From Gammaproteobacteria bacterium (GTDB lineage Bacteria; Pseudomonadota; Gammaproteobacteria; Eutrophobiales; Eutrophobiaceae), in assembly GCA_965226155.1 (NCBI GenBank), contig OZ245331.1, forward strand, positions 466,681 through 530,680: a stretch of DNA of 64,000 nt. Reading direction: 5' to 3'. Below the pieces are notes generated by a model, which saw only the letters and a list, made by a program, of their open reading frames with translations, was not told the DNA's origin and searched no databases. Positions 30,732 through 41,085 of this stretch are shown in pieces. The first letter of the stretch is position 1. Each line of letters opens with the position of its first letter. The position numbers and the translations under genes were made by a program.

Positions 30732-31412
30732 TTAATAACAATCGATCATTACGGTTTCAATGGTGTGAACGAGTTCGTCGAAGTGATTGATCAACGCATT
30801 TGCTCCAAGGTCTTCCGGTTCGCACTGAGCATAACCAAATGTCACCCCAATAGAAGGGATTCCCGCATCTTTTGCTGCTGCGAAATCGTTTACATTATCA
30901 CCGATCATAATAGCCGGTGTTGTGGCGTCGCCATCTGCCATATGTATAGTTTTACGGATATGATCACCATGGGGCTTCTTCTTTGCTAGATGATCACCGC
31001 AAACGATGACATTAAAGTATTTATCTAATTTTAGTAGTTCCAAAACTGGCGCGACCATCTTACTAGGCTTATTTGTACATAGTGCCAAACACGCTCCTCG
31101 ACTTTTCAATTCATCAAGCGCTGTAAAGGCTCCAGGGAAAACAACTGTGTTAACTACAGGATGCTTTTCGTATTCATCAAGAAACTGGCAACTTATATTT
31201 GCAACGGTTTCTTCATCAGGAACAGAACCAGTAACTTCTAGGGCTTTTTTCACGAAAAGATGTGATCCTCGTCCGAGATAACTAGCAACTTTTTCAACAC
31301 TAAGCTCAAGTCGCCCCAATTTTGCAAGCGTCCGATTGAGTGCTCCACAAATATCTGGCGCACTATCTATAAGCGTACCATCCAAATCGAACATGATTAT
31401 GTAATCTTGCAT
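30732..31412 (-). CDS. HAD-family hydrolase (phosphoglycolate phosphatase-like)
   Basis: MFDLDGTLIDS motif I and a later GDNVNDFAAAKDAG motif, 226 aa. Confidence 0.8.
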   Translation of the reverse strand: MQDYIIMFDLDGTLIDSAPDICGALNRTLAKLGRLELSVEKVASYLGRGSHLFVKKALEVTGSVPDEETVANISCQFLDEYEKHPVVNTVVFPGAFTALDELKSRGACLALCTNKPSKMVAPVLELLKLDKYFNVIVCGDHLAKKKPHGDHIRKTIHMADGDATTPAIMIGDNVNDFAAAKDAGIPSIGVTFGYAQCEPEDLGANALINHFDELVHTIETVMIDCY

Positions 31413-31515
31413 ACATCAATACTTCATTGACTTCAATTGAATATGAAATTCAATGACAAAATATTAAATGATTACTCTGAAACTTTTATTATGCATATTT
31501 TCTGATATTAAATAT

Positions 31516-32582
31516 TCGTGAATTCAATTTGTAAGTGCAACTAAATTAGGTGGCACGAACGGCAAGCTGCGGTAGCATCCTTACCTTTCGTTCCAGCAAG
31601 AAAGAGAGGCACAGATGAGACACTACACACAGCTTACCGAGCATCAACGTTACCAGATTTACGCCCTGATGAAAGCAGGACATACACAAACGGAGATAGC
31701 CACCTTGATAGGCGTGCATAAATCTACTATTAGCCGTGAACTCAGACGCAACCGTGGCTTGAGAGGCTATCGACCCCGCCAAGCTCAGTTGCTCCGGCAA
31801 GCGCGTCGAGAAGCCAGCCAACAACAGCGACTCCCCACGACCTTGTGGGAGCGAGTAGAGGTCTGGCTGCGGGACGAATGGAGTCCTGAGCAAATCAGTG
31901 ACTGGTTGCATAAACGAGAAGGTATCGCTCTGAGTCATGAATGGATATATCACTACATATACCAGGACAAGGCAGACGGCGGTGAGCTGTACCGGTACTT
32001 GCGTTGCCAGAAGAAACGAAAGAAGCGTTATGGTAGTTATCAACGTCGTGGGGTTCTGGTGAATCAGATCAGCATTGATAAGCGTCCCGCCATTGTGAAC
32101 AGGAAGACACGCATCGGTGACTGGGAAGTGGACACCGTCATCGGCAAAGGCCATCGACAGGCGCTGGTCGCCTTGAGCGAGCGCAAGTCGATGTACACCT
32201 TGATTGCACAGGTGAAACGACGAACTGCCTCTGCCGTCAGGCAAGCTATCGTGCGATTGTTGTCTAATATGAAGGCGTCGGTTCACACGATCACCTCGGA
32301 TAATGGAAAAGAATTTGCTGAGCATGAGGTTATTGCTCAACAATTGAACGCGGGGTTCTATTTTGCACATCCTTATGCCTCCTGGGAACGGGGTTTAAAT
32401 GAAAATATCAATGGTCTCATTCGACAGTACTTCCCAAAGAAAATGGACTCCAGCACGATTACACAAAAGCAGTTAAACTTGGTCATGAATAAACTCAATC
32501 ACCGTCCCAGAAAAACACTTAATTCAAAAACACCACATGAAGTCTTTTTTAACATCAACGTTGCACTTCAAAGTTGAATCCG
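31516..32582 (+). mobile_element. IS30-family insertion sequence, copy 2
   Basis: Near-identical to copy 1 over the full length including both termini. Confidence 0.85.
31615..32577 (+). CDS. IS30-family transposase (intact)
   Basis: 320 aa, a few substitutions relative to copy 1. Confidence 0.85.
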   Translation: MRHYTQLTEHQRYQIYALMKAGHTQTEIATLIGVHKSTISRELRRNRGLRGYRPRQAQLLRQARREASQQQRLPTTLWERVEVWLRDEWSPEQISDWLHKREGIALSHEWIYHYIYQDKADGGELYRYLRCQKKRKKRYGSYQRRGVLVNQISIDKRPAIVNRKTRIGDWEVDTVIGKGHRQALVALSERKSMYTLIAQVKRRTASAVRQAIVRLLSNMKASVHTITSDNGKEFAEHEVIAQQLNAGFYFAHPYASWERGLNENINGLIRQYFPKKMDSSTITQKQLNLVMNKLNHRPRKTLNSKTPHEVFFNINVALQS

Positions 32583-32595
32583 CGATTTCATTTAA

Positions 32596-33801
32596 TCAGG
32601 TATCCATTAATATTTTTTCGGCAACATCCGCGATTACGCGGGCACAGTTCTCGAGTTGTTTAATTTCTACACGCTCATTTGGGCAATGACATTCTTCAAC
32701 ATTGCCAGGTCCAAAGTTTACAGCGTCAATACCAGCATCATTAACTAGGTTACGTACATCACTTGAAAAAGGCGCACCATATACGTCGCCAGGAGTACCT
32801 GTAACAGTTTCAACGCTATTAACCAAATGGTGAATCAATGGTGAGTCGGGACTTATTTCAGCGGGCTCGAAGCGGTTGTACGCAACGCTGACTTCAACTT
32901 CAACTTTTGAATCTGCTGGACGTGCTGCGAGAATACGCTGCGTTACATCCTGTAATTCGCCATCTACGGTTTCACCCGGGATGAGCCTACGATCCACATA
33001 TAGATCTATCGTATCTGGAACTGCATTAGGCACAACTCCACCTTGAATAACAGTCGGTGTACAGGAACCATGACTTAGAAGTGGATGGTTACGTTTCTCC
33101 AGATCAGTTTTATATTGTTCGAGTGCTTGCATAACCCATAGAAGCCCCCAAGCAGGATTAATTCCTAAGTGACCTCGACTTGCATGTATTGATCGGCCTT
33201 TTAGTTGTATACGTAAGGGGGCAAGACCACGTGTTGCAGCCGCAGTCCGTAGACCAGTAGGCTCGGTCACTATACCAAAATCACCCGTATATCCAGCATC
33301 CAATAAGGAAAGAGTTCCTGGCTCTGCCTTCTCTTCACCCGCCGCAAAATGTAATACAAGTGAACCTTGTAGACGACCAAGGTGTTTAGCAAGGTGATGT
33401 GCAACAGCAATTTGCGCAGACAATCCTCCTTTCATATCACAAGCGCCACGACCATAAAGATATCCGTCTTTTACTTCACCACCGAAAGGATCGAAATTCC
33501 AAAGACTCATGTCATCAGTCGGTACCGTATCAAGGTGTCCATTAAGAATGAGTCGAGGTCCATCACCTTTGCCACGTAGAATCGCACCAACCGAAGGACG
33601 TCCTTCCATTGCTTTAGATTCAACCAATTCCGCTTCTACTGGAGTACCTTCAAACCAGCTTACAACACGTACAGCTACATCTTTTTCATAAGCACCTGGG
33701 TTGGTGCTAGGTATACGCACAAGATCGGTAAGGATGTTTGCAACGTAGTCTCCTGACAACGGATCAGTGTTTTCTAAATTTTTTATAGGTGTAGACATCA
33801 T
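32596..33801 (-). CDS. M20-family metallopeptidase/deacylase (ArgE/DapE/carboxypeptidase G2-like)
   Basis: 401 aa with GHLDTVP and GRGACDMKGG motifs. Lies exactly between two inverted IS30 copies. Confidence 0.8.
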   Translation of the reverse strand: MMSTPIKNLENTDPLSGDYVANILTDLVRIPSTNPGAYEKDVAVRVVSWFEGTPVEAELVESKAMEGRPSVGAILRGKGDGPRLILNGHLDTVPTDDMSLWNFDPFGGEVKDGYLYGRGACDMKGGLSAQIAVAHHLAKHLGRLQGSLVLHFAAGEEKAEPGTLSLLDAGYTGDFGIVTEPTGLRTAAATRGLAPLRIQLKGRSIHASRGHLGINPAWGLLWVMQALEQYKTDLEKRNHPLLSHGSCTPTVIQGGVVPNAVPDTIDLYVDRRLIPGETVDGELQDVTQRILAARPADSKVEVEVSVAYNRFEPAEISPDSPLIHHLVNSVETVTGTPGDVYGAPFSSDVRNLVNDAGIDAVNFGPGNVEECHCPNERVEIKQLENCARVIADVAEKILMDT

Positions 33802-33848
33802 TATTGGCTTACCTGTAGTTACATTTTCGAATTTGTATTGGATTACGA

Positions 33849-34916
33849 CGCGGATTCAACTTTGAAGTGCAACGTTGATGTTAAAAAAGACTTCATGTGG
33901 TGTTTTTGAATTAAGTGTTTTTCTGGGACGGTGATTGAGTTTTTCCATGACCAAGTTTAACTGCTTTTGTGTAATCGTGCTGAAGTCCATTTTCTTTGGG
34001 AAGTACTGTCGAATGAGACCATTGATATTTTCATTTAAACCCCGTTCCCAGGAGGCATAAGGATGTGCAAAATAGAACCCCGCGTTCAATTGTTGAGCAA
34101 TAACCTCATGCTCAGCAAATTCTTTTCCATTATCCGAGGTGATCGTGTGAACCGACGCCTTCATATTAGACAACAATCGCACGATAGCTTGCCTGACGGC
34201 AGAGGCAGTTCGTCGTTTCACCTGTGCAATCAAGGTGTACATCGACTTGCGCTCGCTCAAGGTGACCAGCGCCTGTCGATGGCCTTTGCCGATGACGGTG
34301 TCCACTTCCCAGTCACCGATGCGTGTCTTCCTGTTCACAATGGCTGGACGCTTATCAATGCTGACCTGATTCACCAGAACCCCACGACGTTGATAACTAC
34401 CATAACGCTTCTTTCGTTTCTTCTGGCAACGCAAGTACCGGTACAGCTCACCGCCGTCTGCCTTGTCCTGGTATATGTAGTGATATATCCATTCATGACT
34501 CAGAGCGATACCTTCTCGTTTATGCAACCAGTCACTGATTTGCTCAGGACTCCATTCGTCCCGCAGCCAGACCTCTACTCGCTCCCACAAGGTCGTGGGG
34601 AGTCGCTGTTGTTGGCTGGCTTCTCGACGCGCTTGCCGGAGCAACTGAGCTTGGCGGGGTCGATAGCCTCTCAAGCCACGGTTGCGTCTGAGTTCACGGC
34701 TAATAGTAGATTTATGCACGCCTATCAAGGCGGCTATCTCCGTTTGTGTATGTCCTGCTTTCATCAGGGCGTAAATCTAGTAACGTTGATGCTCGGTAAG
34801 CTGTGTGTAGTGTCTCATCTGTGCCTCTCTTTCTTGCTGGAACGAAAGGTAAGGATGCTACCGCACCTTGCCGTTCGTGCCACCTAATTGAGTTGCACTT
34901 ACAAATTGAATTCACG
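33849..34916 (-). mobile_element. IS30-family insertion sequence, copy 3 (inverted relative to copies 1 and 2)
   Basis: Reverse complement of the same element; termini found at 33849 and 34916. Confidence 0.85.
33856..34818 (-). pseudogene. IS30 transposase with a premature TAG at codon 14
   Basis: CAG is changed to TAG at 34777-34779 (RYQIYAL becomes RY*IYAL) relative to copies 1 and 2. The ORF track therefore starts at a downstream Met (34764). Confidence 0.75.
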
Positions 34917-35429
34917 CGATATAAAACCAAGGAAAATGGGAACATATCGTAAACGCGTTGAAAATTAGCTCGCCGCAACTTAGACACCAGATACCTAATT
35001 ATGTATTTCTTAGACATAATTGATATCCAGTGTCGCCGTACTTTACTTTCTAGTAATTTAGGTTCAATTACACTATAAGTCAAAGGCATGATATTTATGT
35101 GCTCCATAATAATTTTCTAATAGCAAGAAGTGTATTCGTCACTACACAATTAATTTTCCAATTGTCTTAGTTTTATATGAGATTAGCTGGGAGCAGCTAT
35201 CTAACACTACTGATAATATCCTACAGGCAAATGATAATCCCAATATCCATGATGTGACTGTATAGCCTCTTCTACTGAAATCGGCCCAATTACCATTGTC
35301 GGATGAGCTGTATCAAAGGAAAACATTCTACGAAAGTAAAGATCAAGAAGACGTGATTCGGTGTACCGGCTTCGGATCCTACCGATCCAGGTGAATGATG
35401 ATTTTACGGATGAGTTAGTTTTTACAGAA

Positions 35430-35948
35430 TTAGTAATATGTATTCCAATCATAACTTCTGAACACATCTGTGACAGTTTTTTCTAGTTCTGGGTCAGCAA
35501 TTGGCCCGTGAATAACTACGTCTTTCTTATCATACTCAAAAGGAACACGACATGAGATATTCGTGAACGCATCACTAAAATAAGCGCCAATTTCTATTAG
35601 TCTGACTTCATCTAATGCAAAAACGATTCTACCGATATTTGCCCAATATATGCTACCTGCACACATTAAGCAGGGCTCGACATTGGTGTATATTGTACAA
35701 TCCCAAAGAAAATCAGCATCATATTTAGGTGTTACATTTCTAACGAGCGACACTTCTGCATGTGCCGATTTATCACGTGTAGTTACTTGAAGGTTTTCTT
35801 GTTCAATTAATACTTTGCCCTCAATATCGACTAATATGGCGCCAAAGGGGCAATTGCCTTTTTCAACCGAAATTCTTGCCATGTCATTTGCTCTTAAAAG
35901 GAACGGTTTTTCTCGCTTCATGTCAAATGATTTGTAATTTGATGTCAT
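35430..35948 (-). CDS. CDA-fold deaminase (cytidine/deoxycytidylate deaminase family), paralog of 16656-17153
   Basis: HAEV…EPCLMCAGSI zinc motifs, 172 aa. Confidence 0.7.
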   Translation of the reverse strand: MTSNYKSFDMKREKPFLLRANDMARISVEKGNCPFGAILVDIEGKVLIEQENLQVTTRDKSAHAEVSLVRNVTPKYDADFLWDCTIYTNVEPCLMCAGSIYWANIGRIVFALDEVRLIEIGAYFSDAFTNISCRVPFEYDKKDVVIHGPIADPELEKTVTDVFRSYDWNTYY

Positions 35949-36022
35949 GCTTTATCCTTATATCGTAAATCTACTACCTGACAACATTTCGATACATTCT
36001 CCAACTATTACTTTCTTGTAAA

Positions 36023-37381
36023 TTACGGATTGATATAGCTCCATAGCCCGCGGATTAACAGACCCTTCACCAGTTTTTTTCGGTATCCTGCAGATCCCCG
36101 AATATCGTCGATGGGTGAACATTCCTCAACCAGCCTATCCGCAGCTGCCAATACCAATTCTTCCGTTAATGGTTTAGACATCAGATATGCTTCAGTCTTA
36201 GGTGCCCGAACAATCGTGGGCGCTACAGCACCCAGGGCAATCTTTACATCAGATAAACGGTCGTTTCCCAGATAGCCGCGAAATGAAACTGAGGCAATAG
36301 CGATGGTTTGCGTCCGGCGCGGACCCATTTTTTCAAAGAAACTCACCTCAGCAGCGTTTTTACTAAGCCGTTTCGGAATTATGATTTCGGTAATGATTTC
36401 ACCATGCTCCAAGATAGACTTCCCCGGGCCAGTGGCAATTTCTTCAGTCAATACGGTTCGCACCCCTGTTGAAGAGCGAATGACTGCCGTTGCACCTAAC
36501 ACAATCAAGACAGGCACGCCGTCTGCCGACGGCGAAGCATTGGCCAGATTACCTCCCAGTGTGCCAAGGTTTTGGATTTGCACCGCACCAACTTCGCGTG
36601 ATGCATGAACAAGTATTTTTGCCCATTGCCGAATAGCAGCGGAGTCAATAATGTCACTGTAGGGCGTTGCTGCACCAATAGCGATGATGTCATTCTCTTC
36701 GCGAATAAAATTCAAAGCTGTAATAGCACTAAGATCAATATAACGATATTCCTTCAGATGGTGTTCATATTGAACGCTAATATCCGTGCTACCACAGACG
36801 ACTTTATAGTCATCGTCCTGTTCGAGCAGATCAAGCACTTCATCCAGTGAATCAGGGCGTACAAAACTGTCATTAGCACAACGGGTATTTTCGTTAGCGT
36901 AGTCTTTCGCAGGAGCCTGCTCGGACACAGCTTGACTAGCAGCAACGCAAGCATCAACGATTTTGGTATAACCCGTGCAACGACATAAGTTACCTGCCAA
37001 TGCATCCCTAATCTCATCCCGGCTTGGTGAAGTATTTCGGTTCAGCAAAAAATGCGTAGCAATGATGAAACCCGGCGAACAAAACCCACATTGTACTGCA
37101 CCACTATCTGCAAATGCCTTTACCACATGTTTGCCAATCGGGTCATCGAGCATCGCTTCGACGGTAACAACGTCCTGTCCATTGACCTGGCCTGCCAAGG
37201 TCATGCATGAGGTGATCGGACGGCCGTTCAACAATATCGAACAAGCGCCGCACTCACCCTCGCCGCAACCATATTTGCTGCCGCGCAAACCCAATTTTTC
37301 TCGCAATACAAATAGCAAAGTCTCGCGCGGATCGATATCAACAGTTTGTTGTTGGCCATTAAGCGTAAATTCAACTTCCAA
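36023..37381 (-). CDS. Xanthine-dehydrogenase-family FeS/FAD subunit (fused CoxS-like 2x[2Fe-2S] and CoxM-like FAD domains; XdhA-like)
   Basis: N-terminal CGEGECGACS…C and CGFCSPGF cluster motifs are followed by a FAD-binding domain, 452 aa. The start overlaps the upstream large-subunit gene by 11 nt. Confidence 0.85.
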   Translation of the reverse strand: MEVEFTLNGQQQTVDIDPRETLLFVLREKLGLRGSKYGCGEGECGACSILLNGRPITSCMTLAGQVNGQDVVTVEAMLDDPIGKHVVKAFADSGAVQCGFCSPGFIIATHFLLNRNTSPSRDEIRDALAGNLCRCTGYTKIVDACVAASQAVSEQAPAKDYANENTRCANDSFVRPDSLDEVLDLLEQDDDYKVVCGSTDISVQYEHHLKEYRYIDLSAITALNFIREENDIIAIGAATPYSDIIDSAAIRQWAKILVHASREVGAVQIQNLGTLGGNLANASPSADGVPVLIVLGATAVIRSSTGVRTVLTEEIATGPGKSILEHGEIITEIIIPKRLSKNAAEVSFFEKMGPRRTQTIAIASVSFRGYLGNDRLSDVKIALGAVAPTIVRAPKTEAYLMSKPLTEELVLAAADRLVEECSPIDDIRGSAGYRKKLVKGLLIRGLWSYINP

Positions 37382-39629
37382 GCGATAATCTCCCTAATAC
37401 TCTTTCTGAAGTTAAAGGGATCTGGGTAAATCGCTCACCGATCGCATCATAGACTGCATTCAAAATAGCCGATGGTGTTGGCACCATTACAACTTCCGCA
37501 ATACCTTTTGCGCCGAATGCCGTTTGCGGATCGGGATCTTCCACAGCCGTGGTAACAATCTCATCAGGGACATCGATGATATAAGGTACAATATAAGTAG
37601 ATAAGGCAGTGTTCAACACCTGTCCATTTTTCATCAGACAATCTTCCATCAGGGTATAGCCAATGCTCTGCGCAATCCCCCCCTCGGATTGTCCTTCAAA
37701 TCCCTGTTGGTTTATCACTTTACCGGCATCAATCGCGCTTTGGATTTTCAGGATGCTGACCTTGCCAGTTAACAAATCGACTTCAACTAACACCGCCTGG
37801 GCACAATAGGTAAATACCCCGACGTTAATATCATCCGTGTTGTCTTCGGGGTTTCCCTGATATATGCGTACTTGTCCACTACCCGATAATCTTCCGAGTT
37901 TCAGTAAGGATATGGTCCGACCAGTATCAATATTTTTACCACAATTACCTACCACTACCACTTTGTCGGTTTCGCAATTCAACTGGTCTGCAATTTTTTC
38001 AATAATTTTATGATGTAAATCTCGAGACGCTTTTACTAATGCTTTACACATAATGAACGTAGTACGCACAGCATCACATGCCCCGCTATCCGGCCCGGCT
38101 GAATCGCCGATGTGAACCTCAACCTGTTCAATCGGACAATTCATTTCTTTAGCTGTTATTTGCGCAAAAACCGTAGCGTTTCCCTGTCCCATATCGACAC
38201 CTCCGATTAATACTCGATACTTTCCTACTTCCGTGATATCAATCTGTACTTCGGCAGAGTCTGGTATGCCGTGTCCATAGCCATTAACCTTCCACGCTGC
38301 TGCAACGCCTACCCCGCGTTTTTTCCAGTACATTTGGGGTGAAGACAAAGCTTTAAGTTCATTCTGTTGAGTGTAGATAGTTCCTTTTTCAATCTCGTTG
38401 AGTACTTGATTCAGGCTGCTACTGTTCGAATCAAAGTCGAAGCCCCCCGGAGCTTGTTGTCCTGGAATCAAACCATTTAGACGTCGAAATTCAATGGGAT
38501 CGAAACCCAATTCCCGCGCCATCGTATCCATCTGCAACTCGATACCGAACGTGCCCTGTAATCCGCCAAAACCCCGAAACGCACCGGAAATGCAATTGTT
38601 GGTATAAACACAATACGCATCGAGTTTCACATGGGGAATATAGTAAGGACCAAGACAGCATTTCGTCGCTACGTACAGCACCTCTTCACCCCAAGAGGCA
38701 TGAGCACCAGTATCAGCAATCATACGAAGTTCTGCAGCTAATAACTTACCATCTGCATTGCAGGCAATTTTGTACCGTGAATAAAAAGGATGCCGTTTTG
38801 GTGTTGCAATGATGCTTTCACTGCGATCAAGCATTATGTAACAGGGCCGTCCAGTTAGATACGTCACCAATGCTAGATGGCACTGCACATTGAAGTCGTC
38901 CTTACCACCAAATGACCCGCCTACCATGGGTGTTAGCACTCGAACGTCATTTTGTGGAATCGCTAAAAAATCGGCAATCTGAGTTTGATCACGATGTGGG
39001 TATTGTCCACCGTGTCGAATCGTCAGACAGTGCTGTTCGTCGTAAAACGCGACACCGGCTTCTGTTTCCATTGGTACATGTTCTTGACGCCCGGTGACAT
39101 ACTCATTTTCGAAAATATAATCTGCCTGCGCGAATGCGGCCTCGACATCACCATGCCCAGTATGTATTTCACTTAAAATGTTGCCGCCCGGATGGATTTT
39201 GGATGCATCCTTCTTCATCGCTTCACGTGCATCGGTCACAACGGGCAACGAATCATACTCTACCTCCACTATGTCGCGTGCTAGCATTGCGGCTTCTTCT
39301 GTTTCTGCGGCGATGATGGCCACTGCATCCCCAACACAACGCACGCGATCCTCACATAATACTGGTGCGTCTTGACGAACCACCCCTACACCATTTTTAC
39401 CTGGGATATCCTTTGCCGTAAATATTCTGACGACGCCAGGCACCTGTTCTGCATTGTGGTAGTTAATTGAAAGTATGCGGGCATGTGGGTCGGCGGCACG
39501 TAGGATACGAAGTCTTAGCATACCCTCCACCACATAATCTGACGGATAAACCTGGTTGCCAGTCGCTTTGGCTACACCATCAATACGTTTTGCCGGATCC
39601 CCAATCTGGGGTACAGTATCTTCAATCAT
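37371..39629 (-). CDS. Xanthine-dehydrogenase/aldehyde-oxidase-family molybdopterin-binding large subunit
   Basis: 752 aa with Ald_Xan_dh conserved blocks (…GGSFGGK…, …AGHASWGEE…). Confidence 0.85.
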   Translation of the reverse strand: MIEDTVPQIGDPAKRIDGVAKATGNQVYPSDYVVEGMLRLRILRAADPHARILSINYHNAEQVPGVVRIFTAKDIPGKNGVGVVRQDAPVLCEDRVRCVGDAVAIIAAETEEAAMLARDIVEVEYDSLPVVTDAREAMKKDASKIHPGGNILSEIHTGHGDVEAAFAQADYIFENEYVTGRQEHVPMETEAGVAFYDEQHCLTIRHGGQYPHRDQTQIADFLAIPQNDVRVLTPMVGGSFGGKDDFNVQCHLALVTYLTGRPCYIMLDRSESIIATPKRHPFYSRYKIACNADGKLLAAELRMIADTGAHASWGEEVLYVATKCCLGPYYIPHVKLDAYCVYTNNCISGAFRGFGGLQGTFGIELQMDTMARELGFDPIEFRRLNGLIPGQQAPGGFDFDSNSSSLNQVLNEIEKGTIYTQQNELKALSSPQMYWKKRGVGVAAAWKVNGYGHGIPDSAEVQIDITEVGKYRVLIGGVDMGQGNATVFAQITAKEMNCPIEQVEVHIGDSAGPDSGACDAVRTTFIMCKALVKASRDLHHKIIEKIADQLNCETDKVVVVGNCGKNIDTGRTISLLKLGRLSGSGQVRIYQGNPEDNTDDINVGVFTYCAQAVLVEVDLLTGKVSILKIQSAIDAGKVINQQGFEGQSEGGIAQSIGYTLMEDCLMKNGQVLNTALSTYIVPYIIDVPDEIVTTAVEDPDPQTAFGAKGIAEVVMVPTPSAILNAVYDAIGERFTQIPLTSERVLGRLSLGS

Positions 39630-39796
39630 AGATGATATCTAACCTAAATTTAGTCTAGGCTCATACACTATTCAATTATATTATATTGTCAAATACATAA
39701 TATTTATGTTGATTATATATATTCTCTAATATCATATATTACCAGATAGACTAAGCTGAATTTTAATAAGCTTGTTCAACCAGTTACAGGGCGAAA

Positions 39797-41047
39797 ATGT
39801 CTAAATCAAATGAAATTGTAGGTTTGCACGTGAAAAATACAGAATTTACCGGCACGCCGTTCAGCGACAGAACGTCACAGTTAAATTATATCAATCAACG
39901 CTATGTTGCCTGGGATATCTATCATATTGTTGATGTTTTTTCGTCTGTTCGTGAGGAACTTAAAGCCATAAGAGAAGCAGTTGGAGTCATTGAAATGTCT
40001 CCACTCTCCAAATACGACATAACGGGTTCCGATGCGGAACGTTACGTTAATTATCTAATTATCCGTGATGCTACTAAGATTGAAGTAGGTCAAATTTATT
40101 GGGCTGCCTGGTGTGCTCATGACGGTAAAATTATTAGCGATGGAATGATTTTCCGCTTAGCGAATAATCATTTCCGTATTACCGGGGATCCTAGTTATAA
40201 CTGGTTTTTAGAGAATAAGAAAGAGTTTGATATTGAGATAAAAGATATTACTCACGAACGAGGTATCCTTTCATTACAGGGACCAAAATCTCGTGAAGTA
40301 CTTGAAGCTGCGATTGGTGAAGATTGGGCAGAGTTTAAATTCTCCCGGGTTCGAATGGCAAGGATAGGAGGTGTAGAAGTTGAAATAGCACGTCAGGGAT
40401 TTACCGGTGAGCATGGATACGAATTATGCGTCGCTAAGAAAGATGGTATTCCGATGTGGGATGCCGTAATGGAAGCCGGTCGAACCTACGGTATTAAGCC
40501 CTGTGGATTAGAAGCAGAAGGTATTGCCCGTATGGAAGCAGGATTGATTATTCCTGGGCCAGATTATACAAAGGGCGGAACGGTCGATGATCGTGGTGCT
40601 GCTGTAAAAGTGGAAAAAGAAAATACTGTAACGCCTTTCGAATGCAGAATGGGAAAATTTGTTGATTTTGATAAAGGAGACTTTATTGGCAGATCAGCAT
40701 TATTGAAGGAAAAAGAAGAGGGGATTAAAAATGATATGATTGGTTTGTTAATAGACTGGAATGGAATTGCCGACTTATACACTCAACAGAATCTCCCTCC
40801 CCAGGTACTAGCAACGTCAATATGGGTGCCGCTGCCTGTGATGAAGGACGGAAAGAAGATTGGTCGAGCGACCAGTACTGCCTTCAGTCCGGCTGCAAAT
40901 AGTGTTGTAGCTTTCGGATTTCTCAAGAAAGAGTATTGCGTACCTGGAACGAAAGTGTCAGTTGAGTTTAAGGTTGACAATTTAGTCGGTCTAATTGATG
41001 CCAAAGTGGTGAATTTGCCTTTCCTTGAACTCAAACGTGGCGCCTAA
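39797..41047 (+). CDS. Glycine-cleavage-T/aminomethyltransferase-family (folate-binding) protein, candidate THF-dependent demethylase
   Basis: GCV_T-like fold blocks, 416 aa. Divergent from the molybdoenzyme operon. Confidence 0.7.
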   Translation: MSKSNEIVGLHVKNTEFTGTPFSDRTSQLNYINQRYVAWDIYHIVDVFSSVREELKAIREAVGVIEMSPLSKYDITGSDAERYVNYLIIRDATKIEVGQIYWAAWCAHDGKIISDGMIFRLANNHFRITGDPSYNWFLENKKEFDIEIKDITHERGILSLQGPKSREVLEAAIGEDWAEFKFSRVRMARIGGVEVEIARQGFTGEHGYELCVAKKDGIPMWDAVMEAGRTYGIKPCGLEAEGIARMEAGLIIPGPDYTKGGTVDDRGAAVKVEKENTVTPFECRMGKFVDFDKGDFIGRSALLKEKEEGIKNDMIGLLIDWNGIADLYTQQNLPPQVLATSIWVPLPVMKDGKKIGRATSTAFSPAANSVVAFGFLKKEYCVPGTKVSVEFKVDNLVGLIDAKVVNLPFLELKRGA

Positions 41048-41085
41048 TTATCTCGGTTAAATGACAGCTGCAGGTTAGAATCGTC

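Noticed and set aside
24881-34779. Possibility that the two in-frame TAG codons are decoded (amber suppression/pyrrolysine-type recoding)
   Set aside because: No pyl genes or suppressor tRNA are visible. Both affected genes sit in a region with two additional frameshifted paralogs and multiple IS elements, so ordinary pseudogenisation is the economical explanation.
25425-34916. CRISPR array or other short tandem-repeat array
   Set aside because: The only long repeats are the three roughly 1068-bp IS30 copies with unique internal sequence. No short direct repeats with regular spacers were seen anywhere in the window.
35207-35467. 86-aa ORF overlapping the 3' end of the CDA-fold deaminase gene
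   Set aside because: It overlaps the deaminase C-terminus in another frame and has no recognisable features. It is probably spurious.
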